From contig OX597819.1 in NCBI GenBank assembly GCA_951406725.2, positions 68,696,001 to 68,760,000 on the forward strand: DNA of 64,000 bases, written 5' to 3'. The notes under the pieces were generated by a model that saw nothing but the letters and a program-made list of their open reading frames with translations, made no database searches and was not told where the DNA came from. Shown here one piece after another: positions 25,773 through 42,131 of this stretch (within the stretch, counting starts at the first letter, position 1; each line of letters starts with the position of its first letter). Made by a program: the position numbers and the translations under genes. Source of the stretch: Octopus vulgaris (lineage: Eukaryota).

Positions 25773-25804
25773 TTTATTTAAAGCAGCAGAAAATTCAACA
25801 AAAT

Positions 25805-25842
25805 CTGTTACTCTGAGTTTCTCGTTGCCGTTCATCAGACAG
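25805..25842 (-). ncRNA. Minimal type I hammerhead (mirror copy)
   Basis: Reverse complement of 25901-25938. Confidence 0.7.
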
Positions 25843-25900
25843 TTTTTGTTAGAATGGAACCGATATATCAATTGATATATCGGTTCCATTCTAACAAAAA

Positions 25901-25938
25901 CTGTCTGATGAACGGCAACGAGAAACTCAGAGTAACAG
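25901..25938 (+). ncRNA. Minimal type I hammerhead ribozyme
   Basis: ctgt CTGATGA acg-gcaa-cga GAAA ctc-a-gag TA acag; first stem II pair is an A-A mismatch. Confidence 0.7.
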
Positions 25939-26041
25939 ATTTTGTTGAATTTTCTGCTGCTTTAAATAAAGCATATTACTCTACCACTGGTATTTGAGTA
26001 CTCATTTTTTCCACCTTGTTTCACATTTATGTGTTTACTCC

Positions 26042-26090
<49 letters not shown>

Positions 26091-26373
26091 TTTAAATCGA
26101 TTACGGGAATCGCACGCACATGAAACCTCCAGGGCTGATAATCAGGCTGCCGTCGAACAATTCGTAATAACGAGAGCTAATGTGTGGGATAGTAGCGAGC
26201 TGGAAAATTTGACTGGAGACTATTGGTGTTGCCATCTACAATTGCTTTCGGACTAACAGAGAGAAAGAGATAGAGAAAGAGAGATGGAGAGAGAGAGAGA
26301 GAGAGAGAACGAGAGAGAGAGAGAGAGAGAACGAGAGAGAGAGAGAGAGAGAACGAGAGAGAGAGAGAGAGAG

Positions 26374-26413
<40 letters not shown>

Positions 26414-26859
26414 ATTACCAAAAAATAGAAGAGAAGGAGAAGATTCACTTTAAGACGACAGAACCAATTCTGGGTATATAGTTTTTGATAATTTTTATCA
26501 TGAGGGTTGTTTTCTTAGAGGGCATGTGAACTAATATCTCCATACTATCTAGTCCTTTCTCTTCATATATATATGTATATATATATATATGAATTTTATT
26601 TATAAGTATTTACCCATGTGGTTGCAGAAGTATGTAAGTACACACATATTTAACAACTACGCAATGTCATTACATTCTGCATGAGAGCGGTGTTTGCCGT
26701 TAAATATGCTACAAAATCTGCTTAAAAATTATTTGGTCTACTCAACAGAAAACAAAATGGCCATGTGACTTTCACAAAGTTGATCTAATTATTTTTGTTT
26801 ATTTTTTTATATTTCCTAAGGGGAATGTAATGTTTCTACATCCACGTGATTAATGTCTT

Positions 26860-29560
<2,701 letters not shown>

Positions 29561-29705
29561 AAAAATGTTATCACCTTACCAACGAATCTCTACAACTTTC
29601 GATGCCTAAGAGTTCTTGATAAAATGTCAAAGTCTTAGAGTTCTTGCTGTATATATGAATAGAAATGCGACATGGTTCCAGTCCAAACACTGAAACAATA
29701 TAAAT

Positions 29706-30250
29706 ATTAGGCTGTTTCAAATAAAACGTCGTATTCGAAAGGTAGCAATAAAATGTTTCAGAAGTGTTAGAGAACTGATCTATTTAATCAAAATATGATC
29801 CATGTTCATTTATGGCGTTTACCCAACGTTTCCCTCTGTCATACAGTCCATCTTTGAAAGAAAAGTCATCTTTTTGTGTGATAAACTGTCCGAAAACTTC
29901 ATATTACCTCTTCTCTATTTAAGAATATTTTATCGCATACAAAAAGCTCAAAATGCTTAAATAAGTGATATTCAGTAGGAGAAATATAAGGGGAGCAGGG
30001 GAGATACTTCAAAATCTCATAATTCAAGCTTGGCAAGTTTTGGATTGTAGTTTGAGAAGTGTGAGGACGTGCATTGTCGTGGAGGAAAACTGGGCCATCT
30101 ATATTTACTAATCTGGGTTACTTCTTTTTCAAATTTTAACGCATACAATTACTTTCCTGGCACTACGAGGCTGCTGTCACCGATTTGTCCATTTTGCAAA
30201 AATGAATAACTAATAATTTCCTTCGTAGGTTAGCCAAATTTAAGTGGGGG
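29706..30250 (-). mobile_element. Mariner 3' remnant
   Basis: GPVFLHDNARPHTSQ, PYISPTEYHLFKHF, KRWVNAINEHGSYFD*; terminal tattaggctgtttcaaataa. Confidence 0.9.
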
Positions 30251-30324
30251 AAAAATACTTCACGATATATAAATAAAGCCTTCGAACTGGGACGATCAGT
30301 AGCGACACCTGCAAGTCTGACTAC

Positions 30325-30367
30325 GCTGCATTGATAAGGGGCAACAACCCTGAAACATGTCTGTAGC
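30325..30367 (+). ncRNA. Degenerate type I hammerhead at the tip of a 134-nt rod-like hairpin (30279-30412)
   Basis: gctgca TTGATAA ggg-gcaacaa-ccct GAAA C-AT-GTC tgtagc. Confidence 0.6.
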
Positions 30368-30539
30368 TGTCTGACTGGCAGGATGAAGCGGCTGACCTCC
30401 CTTGTTCGAAGGTATATAATGGACGCAGGTTCGTGTGTCAAATAGCTAGCTTCAGGCGGTGGCCTCTTGGAGCTAATCAGCAACAGCTTTAGTCTTATAT
30501 TTATAAGACTGCCATATTAGTATGGCGATAACTATTAAC

Positions 30540-30587
<48 letters not shown>

Positions 30588-30718
30588 CCGCGTGTGTATC
30601 GTTTGTGATTTTCTTTCTGCGTCTTTCTTTTCGTTCCTTTCCTGACCGTCCAATAACACTGTACATTTGTACGTTCTCGCGTTGTTGATTTTTCATGCTT
30701 GTTCATGTTTGGATTGAC

Positions 30719-30763
<45 letters not shown>

Positions 30764-31335
30764 AAGTATGTACGTATGTATGTAGGGACCGGAATCGTCT
30801 GAAGAACGCCGACTAAGAATTCTTAATACAAAGGTCCATTTCGGCAATATCCTTTTACTCACCAGTTGAGCCCACTCGATCTCGGCTTTCCTCGGCTTGC
30901 TTCTCTATTAGTATATATGTTTTCGTTATCAAAATTAATGGTTGATATGGCAATTCGCTAATGTGTATAGATAAAATTAATGTAAACAGCTCGTAACAAT
31001 TTTTCACCAAAAAGGAGAATTACAATCGTCGCAAAATGTGACTAGGGTGTTACGAAACACCTACATTGCTAGAAATAAATGTTAAAATGCTCTACTACTG
31101 CGGTTAACGCAAATAAATGAAAACATACACTAACAGGGACCTGAATCGATCGAGAATTCTTAATACTAACGTCAGTTTCGTCTATTTCCATTGCCTCATC
31201 TGTTGATCTCTCTCTCTCTCTCTCTCTAAATATATATATATATGTATATATATGTATGTATGTGTATATGTACCTATATATACATATTTACATATGTATA
31301 TACATATACACATACAAATATATATATGTAGGTAG

Positions 31336-31381
<46 letters not shown>

Positions 31382-31764
31382 CATGCATATTTAATGCACG
31401 TTTCACTATAAATGTAGATGCTTCTCCCTCTCGGGATCCATGTTTGTATTTCCATGCAATGTCTATACATAAATATTTATAGGAAAGCGTCAGCGACTTT
31501 TGTTGCCCTGTCGCTCTGAATTTGTACATGTTGGGATACTTATGTGTGTGTCTCCGAACGAATTCCTATCCCGATTTGGCATTCTAATCTGTCTTTATCT
31601 CGCATTTTTATGTTTGCATTTCGGTTTATCGCCATGTTGCAGCTTCTTCCATTCCTCTTTCATTTCACGTTGTTGATGTTACTGCTGCAATCACCGCTGC
31701 TGACAACAACGATGATGGTGACGTTCAGGATGGTGCTGTTGAATTCGATGATAATGTCAATGCC

Positions 31765-32490
31765 ATTGTTGTTGTTGTAGTTGTTGTTGTTGTTGTGGTG
31801 GTGGTGGTGATGGTAGTGGTGGTAGTGGTGGTGGTAGTGATGGTGGTTGACGATCATAATAATCATGATGATGATAATGATGATGATAATGACGGTGCTG
31901 ATGATGGTGAATACGTTGGTGGTTATGAAAATTGTAATATTGCTGTCGCTGATGATGATGTGGAGGAGGATGGAGTGTATAAGGATTTCAGTGATGGTGG
32001 AAATGTTTAAATGGTAATGGTGATTGTGATGACGACGATAATTTTGGCAGCCATGAAATGTTCATGATGAATATGATAATGGTAAAGACGATGATGAGGA
32101 GGAGGAGAGGGAGGAGGGGGAAGAGGCGGAGAATGAGGAGAACGAGGTGGATGTTGTTAATGACGATGATGATGATTGGTGATGATGATGAGAAGAAAGA
32201 GAAGGAGAATGGGGATGGTGATGATGGTAATGACGATGCTGATGAGGAGGAGGACAGGATTGTGATGATGATGATAGTGATAACGATGATGATGAAGTGG
32301 AGGAAGATGGGGATGATGATGATGATGACCATGATGCTGATGATGAAGGTGAACATGATGATGATGGTGAATGATGATGATGATGATGATTTTATTGTTG
32401 ATGATGATGATGATGAGGAGGAGGAGGAGGATGACGACGATATCGGTGGTGATGATGATGATTCCGACGATGAGGAAAACGAACAAGGAG
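31765..32490. repeat. Low-complexity (GAT/GGT/GAG)n region
   Basis: Direct reading. Confidence 0.9.
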
Positions 32491-32945
32491 GGGATGGACG
32501 TAGATGGGAATGTTTGGGATAACGCCGATAAAAATTAATGGCACTAATTATGACTTCTTATTGTTTATTGTGAATTTATTGTGGTGGTCATCCTCACCAT
32601 AGATTGTCTCCCTATTTTTACTTGGGCAGATGATTGCAATACAGTTGGTGGTGTTAGGGCTAACTGCCAGAGCGGTTTTTGGTAGTATTGATTTAGTGAT
32701 GATAGTGGTGGTGCTGATGATGGTTATGGTGCTGATTTAGTGGTGGAGATAACTTTCGCGTTGCTAGATATCACAGAAGGTAATGCCGTCGTTTTGAGCA
32801 TCGTGCTAGAATCACCGATATTTTTTTATATCTGTTGCTCAAAATTTCATGTCCGCTGTGAAGGGTTTATCTCAATGATAGCAAAGGATAGACATGGCGT
32901 TTTATGAAGACGACACGCGCCTGAGAAACGCAGAAGACAAAAGCA

Positions 32946-33001
<56 letters not shown>

Positions 33002-33022
33002 AGAGAGAGAGAGAGGGAGATG

Positions 33023-33057
<35 letters not shown>

Positions 33058-33327
33058 TGTATGTATGTATGTATATATGTATGTATGTATGTATGAATGT
33101 ATGCGTGGGTGGGTAAGTGTAATTATAGATTACAAATAGAAAAAATAGCAAAATAATTGAAGGAGATGGAACAAGCGAAACAAATCTACATAAAGCAATC
33201 AAGTCTACAGTCTTCCAAACATAAACCAAAAATTATAATATCATACATGTGTGGATATGTGTGTGTATACCTGTGCACGTGTGTATGTTTTCATGATTGT
33301 ATAGATGTATACCTCCACACAGTTATA

Positions 33328-33415
<88 letters not shown>

Positions 33416-33658
33416 TATATATATATATATACATACATACATGCATGCATACACAAACACACATCCATGGATATACATATACACAGACAAAAAAAACGAC
33501 TTACCCATGGTATAGGTGTACGTACATGCATGGTGATATACAGACATAAACGTAATATTGATGCCTACCTATCTACTTACATACCTTTATATGTGTATAT
33601 CCATGTATGTGTGTGCGTGTGTGTATGTATATGCGTATATATATATATATATATAGTC

Positions 33659-33696
<38 letters not shown>

Positions 33697-33729
33697 TGCA
33701 TAAATACATATTTATACAAATATATCCAT

Positions 33730-33768
<39 letters not shown>

Positions 33769-33858
33769 CATGCCAATATATGTGTGTGAGTATAGGGAAA
33801 GAGAAGAGAAGATAAGTAGGGTAGACACTGAGAGGGAGAGGGAAACAGAGAACGGGAA

Positions 33859-33907
<49 letters not shown>

Positions 33908-35729
33908 AAGCAAAAATTACAATCTATAGCAAATATAAAAGAGATTTCTAACGGTTTTATGATCCATTTCGAAGGATGTGATGCGTTTTTGGTAATTTCT
34001 TTGGCGAAGCTTCAGGATACGCATTACAAAGATGCTACGTTTGAGATTAGCTAATATAATTGGTTTTGCTCTTTTCTACGGACAGAAACTATCATAAAAT
34101 TGGTTAGCTCCCCTTACCTTGTTTTATTGCCTTTCAGAAACTTCAATAAAAGTTCCTTATCAAAATAATACGAGTAGCCGAAGAGGTGGTTAGATTGAAA
34201 GCAACAAGCAGCAGCACCAACGCAACAATGCTGATAATATTATAAAGCATTGTTGGCAACGACCTTTCACTTCGAAAGAAAAGATAAAAAAAAGGAGCCC
34301 TCTTTTCATATTTAAATTGCTACAAATAACAACGGCTTCGTAATTAACTTTAATTCCTTGCAATAAATGTGGTGCTATTCGAAAATCTCAAGATGGAATA
34401 CGTACCGACAAAAATATAAATAAGTAGAAATATACAAAAACGAAAATAAATAAAATCAAGGACAGTATACATAGAAAGAAATAATAGAAAATGATATTGG
34501 CTTATATTGTTAACGTCGGTAGGGTTGTTATTATATGAGTTGGATAGATTTAAGGAACGCTCTCAAAATGGCGGGATTAACAATAGCTTAAAAAAAGAGA
34601 AAAGATCAAAGCTTTATTCTCGAGCATCGAACGATTTTGATGAGTAAATGGAAGACACGTTTGTGGAATTTTAGGAAGTAAAAGCGTTGCTTAATACAGC
34701 GAGCGTCGATAGAAATGGCTTATGAAAACCAAACATAATTAATATGATAATACAGCCATTTCCTTTATGTTCGTATCTTACGTTGCGCGTATAGAACCTC
34801 ACATATTTAATACGAGACTTGGAGGCAATTCGATAGATTGATAGATATTTGCTCGTACATGGAGAAATATGCTAAAGGGGAAAATGCTAAAGAATAGAAA
34901 TAAAAGTTAATTGGATTAGGAAGCGTCAGCTATATTACAGAGAATAAATCTGAAAATTAATGCTTAATATAATATATTTAAATATTTAATTTCTAAAATC
35001 TCATGAATACGAAGAACTTTGAGATATAATGTTGCCACAAATTTTGTTGATGTTTCTTTAAAAAAAAATGAATGCTGCTCCTCATATAGAATTGATGAGG
35101 TTGTGCTCTTTATTTTGTCGATCACTTACACATTTTAAGTGGTTTTCAGGCTTGGAAATGACTAACTCTACGTCAATGTATCATAGTGTATGTGCTTACA
35201 CGCAACACTAGCAGGACTGGGAACGGATTATCTAACTTTGCTAATGGAACATAATATCAAGGACATATGTATTTGTATGTTTGTGTGTTAGTTTGTGAGT
35301 GTATGTGTGTGTGTTTGTGGACGTGCATGTGTGTGTAGTTATATGTGTGTCTTCACAAACATACCTGTATATGAAAGCACGCGCGCTTCTCATTTTCAAC
35401 GTCACATTTTAAACTTGAGAAGAGTCTTAGTTCTTGAGTTTCTTAATCTGAAACCGTATCACGTCTCTTACCATGATTCTTCACCAGTCCAAGTTCCCCG
35501 ATTAATAGAAATGTGAATTTATAATATGGATATAAAAAGCCAGAGCGAGGTTTGACTCTATTCATTCTCTTTCTCTTTGAGTGGTCAATGAGATATTCAT
35601 ATGAGCAGGACATCTGGCCTCTATGAAGTATACATGTGCATTTGTATGCACCATGCATGTATGAATGCATGTATGGATGGATCGTGTAACTATGTAGGTA
35701 TGTATGTGCTTATGAATGTTTGTGTGTAT

Positions 35730-35869
35730 CGATCTATCTGTCTGTCTGTCTGCCTGTCTGTCTGCCTGTCTGTCTGTCTGCCTGTCTATCTAATCTGTAT
35801 GTCTGTCCATCTGTCTGTCTATCTATCTGTCTGGCTGTCTGTCTCTTTATATATCAATCTATCTATCTC

Positions 35870-35920
<51 letters not shown>

Positions 35921-36091
35921 GTTTGTCTGTCTATCTGCCTGTCCGCCTATCTATCTAATCTGTCTGTCTGACTGTCTGTCTGTCTATCTACCTGTATGTC
36001 TATCAATCTATCTATTTATTTGTTTGTCTGTCAGTCTACCTGTCTGTCTATCTATATAATCTGTATGTCTGTCCATCTGTCTGTCTATCTC

Positions 36092-36177
<86 letters not shown>

Positions 36178-36223
36178 CATCTGGCTGGCTGTCTGCATGT
36201 CCGTCTATCTATCTAACTATCGG

Positions 36224-36315
<92 letters not shown>

Positions 36316-36380
36316 GCTGTCTATCTATCTGTCTGTCTATCTGTCTATCCAGCTATCTATTTATCTAGCTAGCTAGCTAG
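35730..36380. repeat. (TCTA)n/(TCTG)n compound microsatellite
   Basis: Direct reading. Confidence 0.95.
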
Positions 36381-36835
36381 TTATTTGTATCTATATCTGT
36401 TGGGTCATCCCATAAACAATGTGTTTTTTTTTTCAATTACGTAAACTAAAAGTTAGAGTGGTACAGGATAAATTACCTACATCAACTTGCAATAGAAGCA
36501 GGTAGTGATTTTACATTCTACTTATTCTTAGTGCAATGATTGAAGAGTGCAGTTCGATTTTAATAATGGAGCACAAGGGACATATGAGTTCAATAAAGGC
36601 AACAGTACAACTGAAAGTACGAGGAATATTAATGCAATAAACGGGGATCGAACAATAAGAGTAAGCCAACGTCAACGAGATGGTTCCAGAAATTCCGAGA
36701 CGGAAACTACAGCCTAGAAGACAAGCCCCGTCATGGAAGGTCTGTAGAGCTGGACGAGGATCGTGCAAACCTTCGTGGAACAAAATATCATTGTAAATGT
36801 TGAAGAACTAGCAGAGAAATATAGATTTTACAGTT

Positions 36836-36925
36836 GTAACACGTTTCGGCTGATATACCCTTCAGCCTTCATCAGGTATCTTGGAGAAATTTCAAACCTG
36901 GGTTCTCATTCCTCAGGTATTTTTC
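36836..36925 (-). mobile_element. Inverted partial copy of the HHR-bearing 3' segment, placed 5' of the tRNA head
   Basis: Reverse complement of about 37243-37340; 3-nt deletion near the cleavage site. Confidence 0.88.
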
Positions 36926-37144
36926 GGGCATATGGCGTAGTGGTTAAGAGCGCGGGCTACTAACCTCAAGATTCCGAGTTCGATTCCGTGTAGTGACATG
37001 AATAATAATAATAATGATAATAATAATAATAATAATGATGATGATGATGATGATAATGATGATGATAATAATGATGATAATAATAATAATAATAATGATA
37101 ATAATGATGATGATGATAATCATAATAATAATGATAATAATAAT

Positions 37145-37236
<92 letters not shown>

Positions 37237-37397
37237 TAACATTGAAAAATACTGGAGGAATGAGAACGTAGGTTCGAAATTTCCCCAAGATACCTGATGA
37301 AGGCTGGGGGGGGGGGTATATCAGCCGAAACGTTGTGTTAACAACAAACAAGGTGAGGGAAAATATCCTTCAAATGTAAATAATGTAAATAATGTAA
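36926..37397 (+). mobile_element. tRNA-head/(AAT)n/hammerhead SINE-like element, copy 2 (complete)
   Basis: A box TGGCGTAGTGG, B box GAGTTCGATTC, (AAT/GAT/AAC)n spacer, HHR, (TGTAAATAA)n tail. Confidence 0.88.
37289..37339 (+). ncRNA. Minimal type I hammerhead ribozyme
   Basis: gatac CTGATGA A ggctg-loop-cagcc GAAA C GTT gtgtt. Confidence 0.8.
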
Positions 37398-38190
37398 GTT
37401 TAGCTTTGGTCATTCAACCATTGATCGACACATGTGTGCCACTGGAAATGTCAGCAAATTAGACTAATGGGACCCTCATAAAATTTCCGTGTCTAATAGT
37501 ACGCAGAGAATGAATGTGTGCTCTTCTTTGCTGTCACGTCTCACGAAGGAAACTTCTTTTGACAGTATATTGACTGGTGATTAGAAATGGGTTCTCTATT
37601 AAAATGTTAAGCGCCGAAGAGAATGGGTAGGGAAAGGAGAAACAGCGGCAAGACCCAGGGTAAAGTAGGGTCTTCAACCACGTAAGGTGTTGTTAACTGT
37701 TTGGTGGGATATAAAAGGTTTAGTCCACTTTGTACCAAATGATAACAAAGGAGATCAATTGCAAAGAGCTTGAGCGGCTTAAATCAGCACTAGAAGAAGA
37801 ACGACCATCTATGGTCTCAAGACTATAAGTGTCCCTCCAACAGGATAATGCTCAGCCACATACAGCGAAGATGACGTTCCAAAGACTGGAGATTATTTGA
37901 ATGCGAAACGATGCCCCAACCACCATATTTGCCGGACATTGCCCCATCTGATTATCATCTATTTCGCATTCTTCATAGTTATTTCAATGAGAAAATATGA
38001 ATCCTGTAGACGAGGTCAGAAGTGTGATGGAGGAGTATTTTTCGTCACGGACAAATGAATTTCAGAAGATAGTCCTTGAAAATCTACCAGATAGATAGAA
38101 GAATAGAGTAGAAAATGAAGGAGCGTCTATTTTAAATAAAAAAAAAAATTGTTAATCTTAATTTTGAAAAATAAAAGTATAGAAAATCGC

Positions 38191-38280
<90 letters not shown>

Positions 38281-38307
38281 CGCACGCACACACATACACA
38301 CAAACGC

Positions 38308-38360
<53 letters not shown>

Positions 38361-38764
38361 CATATATGTTCAACTTACGATGAAAGTAAACTAAGTTTGT
38401 TTAGAAGCGTTAGATGCATTGAAAGACACAGACATTTTTTTTTTATTCTCAAACGCGGGATAATGCTAATAAACTTGCGTGATGAGGATAAATTATCCAT
38501 ACATTACAGAAAAATACGTTACTCGCCAGCCATGAGATTCGAACTCACATCCCTATACTCTAGTAAAAACTTTGACTTAGTTCAGTGTTACATACACAAA
38601 CACATACAAGCTGACCCCGCCACATACACACACATACGTGCACCTATGTACACACATACACACACTCATATATGAGTGTGTGCGTGTATAGATACACATG
38701 AATTTGTAAAATGTATATATATAGATCGGTAGATATAGAGAATGATACATGCGATTATGATATT

Positions 38765-38823
<59 letters not shown>

Positions 38824-39340
38824 GCATATATATATCTGTATTTATGTACGGTAAAGCGTATTTAAAGCAAAACCAGAAATCCTGAATCTTGAATTATTCA
38901 ATAATATTTTTTGCTAGTCTATTTTGTCCATCTGTCTTATCTCATGGCACGATATGAACATTTAACGTGGATTTTAAAGTCAGGGTTTTGACTGTTATTT
39001 CGGCATGGTGGTGTCTCTCAGACAACCTTATTTTTAGTTATATAAATATATATATATATATGTGTGTGTGTGTGCGTGCGCGTGTGTATGTGTGTGTGTA
39101 TAGTATATATATAAATATCCGCATATACATGCACAAAACCACACACATACACTCACACACTCATACACACACATATGTATATTACATGTTGTTTTTGCTT
39201 TGAAAGAAGTGCACAACCCGAAACGTTGGATATAATTACCGTTTCTGGCCTCGTATTCACGTTTTCATTGTTCACATACTCACATTGCGTTTCGTTTCAT
39301 ATTTCATTCCCATTTATCGCAGCTTTCTAATCTTCTTTCT

Positions 39341-39389
<49 letters not shown>

Positions 39390-39392
<3 letters not shown>

Positions 39393-40190
39393 CAACGCAA
39401 TAGAGGACGATAAAATATTCGAACAGTTAGACGATACAAAGGCGGACAGGAGAAACAGCAATTAGAAAGACAGGGAAAAAAGAGAACGCGTCATTCGTAG
39501 CCTTCTTTCCTCAATCAAGTTACCAGATGTCCTTACTGTTTCGTGCAGTTACCGTTCAGGCAGTTCGATCTGGTTGCCCCCCCCCCCCAAAAAAAAGTCT
39601 AAGCTAAGGGCATTAGATTTTTGTAAGAAAGCTAAAGAATGTGTACGACAACAAAAGAAAAAACGGAAAACAAGGTACACAATTACAAATACAAACAACA
39701 AGAATATGACAACAGGTTTCTTTCGATTGAGAACGAATCTAATTGAGCTGGTGTGTATGAAGTGAAAGCCTATAGGCAGGAACATATGAGATAGACCCAA
39801 GAGGTGTTGGTAGTCGGCAGTCAGGCCAAGAAAGGAAGATCATGGCTGGTCGGAAACCGGTTACCTGGAGGGATCAGTGATGGGGTAGACGGCAGCGGGA
39901 TTGAAGGATTAGAAAAGAATCAAAGAGAGAAAGGGAAAGGTACAGGGGAGATAAACGAGGAGAAAAAGTGGGAGTTAAAAGAAGAGAGGGCCAAGAAATG
40001 TTAAAGAAAGAGAGGACCAAAAATGTGAGAGAGAGAGGAGGGAGCGAGAAAAAGAAAAATGAACGAAAGTATGAAGGGGACTAAAAGCTAGAGGAAAAGT
40101 GTATATATAATTACACAAAAACACTCAGACCCATACAAGGCGACCTCACAAACACGCATTCAGAGACAGAAGCAAGGACACGCATGTATA
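39390..40190 (-). mobile_element. (TA)n-flanked repeat homologous in part to 3185-3435
   Basis: gatctggttgcccc..gtctaagctaagggcattagatt; the extent beyond 39630 is uncertain. Confidence 0.45.
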
Positions 40191-40858
40191 TATATATATA
40201 TATACATAGACACACACACAAATACACACACACTCACACACACACATACACACACACACACTCACACACACACACATATATACATATATATGCATTGATA
40301 TGTGTGAAATCTGTGCGATTGCAAACAGGGATATGTTTTTAATACATTTGTTGATATCATTAGAAGCTCAAGCCAACGTCCATACATCTTATCCAGTATC
40401 TCAAAAATGGTATTAGCTACCTCTCACATTCTACATACTCGTATATATGCATTTTAAAATATATGCGTGAACCCGTGTGCAGCTAAAAATGCCTGTGTAA
40501 ATTTATATGTTCCTAATAACATATTGGAAACGTAAATCGATTTGGCATCCGTTTTAATAGAAATATATATTTTTGAAAAAACAAAAAAATTGGTAAAGCC
40601 GGAACCATAATTTTGAAGATTTCTTCTCCATAACTTTATTTGTGAATATAGTAAAAGGCAGTGCGCCAGTAGGTTGGATGTTGTTTAAGTACAGGATTCA
40701 ATGTGGCTAAAAAATCTCATATACGTAAGAAAATGATATGTCAAGAGAAAAATAATTTACACACAAACTCACACACAAACACAAGTATATGTATGTATAT
40801 ATATACATATATATATAGATATATATATGCGTGTGTGTGTGTGTCTGCATATGTATAT

Positions 40859-40891
<33 letters not shown>

Positions 40892-40955
40892 AAGGTATAA
40901 GCATATATATATATTTCATATATATTTATACACACACACACACATATATATAATG

Positions 40956-40989
<34 letters not shown>

Positions 40990-41484
40990 ATATAAATATA
41001 TATGTGATATATATATATGCATATACGTTTATATATAAACTATACATACATACACATACTATATATAATTATGAAATATGTTACGTTATAAAATATATAT
41101 ATATTATATATATACATGTTTCACTGTGTGTGTGTGTTTGTATGTATATTTCAATGCTTAAAAATATATTGCGGGGCTGACATCACGCGAGATATATATC
41201 TCGCGCGATGTCAATTTCTCTCTTAACCAATACCAAATTTTCGCAACTTTCTCTTGGAAATAGCCAAAGTATAATAATTTGTTTTTCATAAATTTCATAA
41301 GAGATATTGTGCAATCATAGTCAAATATAGGCTAACACTATTTTCAGCCATGTTATTTTCCCTCTTTTGTTTTTTTTGTCTTTTTTTTTCAATTATTTTC
41401 CTTTTCTCACAAATCCCTCATACGCAAATGCCTTGTATTGTGGATAATTTGAGATATAATGGTAAGATTTGATATAAACACGAA

Positions 41485-41487
41485 ATG

Positions 41488-41548
<61 letters not shown>

Positions 41549-41592
41549 CAACGAAAAATATTATAATAATAATAATAATAATGATGATGATG

Positions 41593-41671
<79 letters not shown>

Positions 41672-41680
41672 TAATAAAAA
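41485..41680. repeat. (AAT)n tract
   Basis: Direct reading. Confidence 0.95.
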
Positions 41681-42074
41681 CAATGGTAGAAGAAGGCGTA
41701 GAATATATTATTTTCGAAATACTGTCATGTTGGCACGTTAGCAACAGAAAAGTGTTTAAATAATATTTGAAAACTAAAAGTAGATAATAAATATGTTTCT
41801 CTTGGGTAGTATATTATATTTATTTGCTGTTATATCAGAAGCTTAGATGAATATGTTTTCCTACACACCCGTATATCGTTATGTATTCGTCGTTTAGACG
41901 TTTTGCAGCCACGTGGTATTATGTTCAGTCCGACCTCAGGGCATGTTGTGCCAGATTAATGAGCTATGAAGGCGGAATAATGCCTTGTGAATGAGCGAAT
42001 CTGGTACATGCAACCATACGTACAAGCATACATACATACATATATACATACATATATATATATACATATATACA

Positions 42075-42128
<54 letters not shown>

Positions 42129-42131
42129 CAT

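Larger units (their letters stand above)
25772..25971. repeat. Perfect 200-bp palindrome with no spacer
   Basis: 25772-25871 is the exact reverse complement of 25872-25971 (checked base by base). Confidence 0.97.
36395..38193 (+). mobile_element. Near full-length decayed mariner, interrupted at about 36829-37395
   Basis: Left TIR gttgggtcatcccataaa; RWFQKFRDGNYSLEDKPRHGR, ILTGD*KW, VWWDIKGLVHF, QQDNAQPH, PYLPDIAPSDYHLF; right TIR cut by (TA)n. Confidence 0.93.

Noticed and set aside
30791-30850. ctgaaga followed by a gccga/tcggc stem
   Set aside because: No GAAA or cleavage triplet follows
31795-32522. Acidic and Met-rich ORFs
   Set aside because: Trinucleotide low complexity with no domain or splice evidence
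36926-36997. tRNA gene
   Set aside because: A and B boxes are present, but the acceptor stem is poor and it is always linked to the same 3' segment, so it is a SINE head
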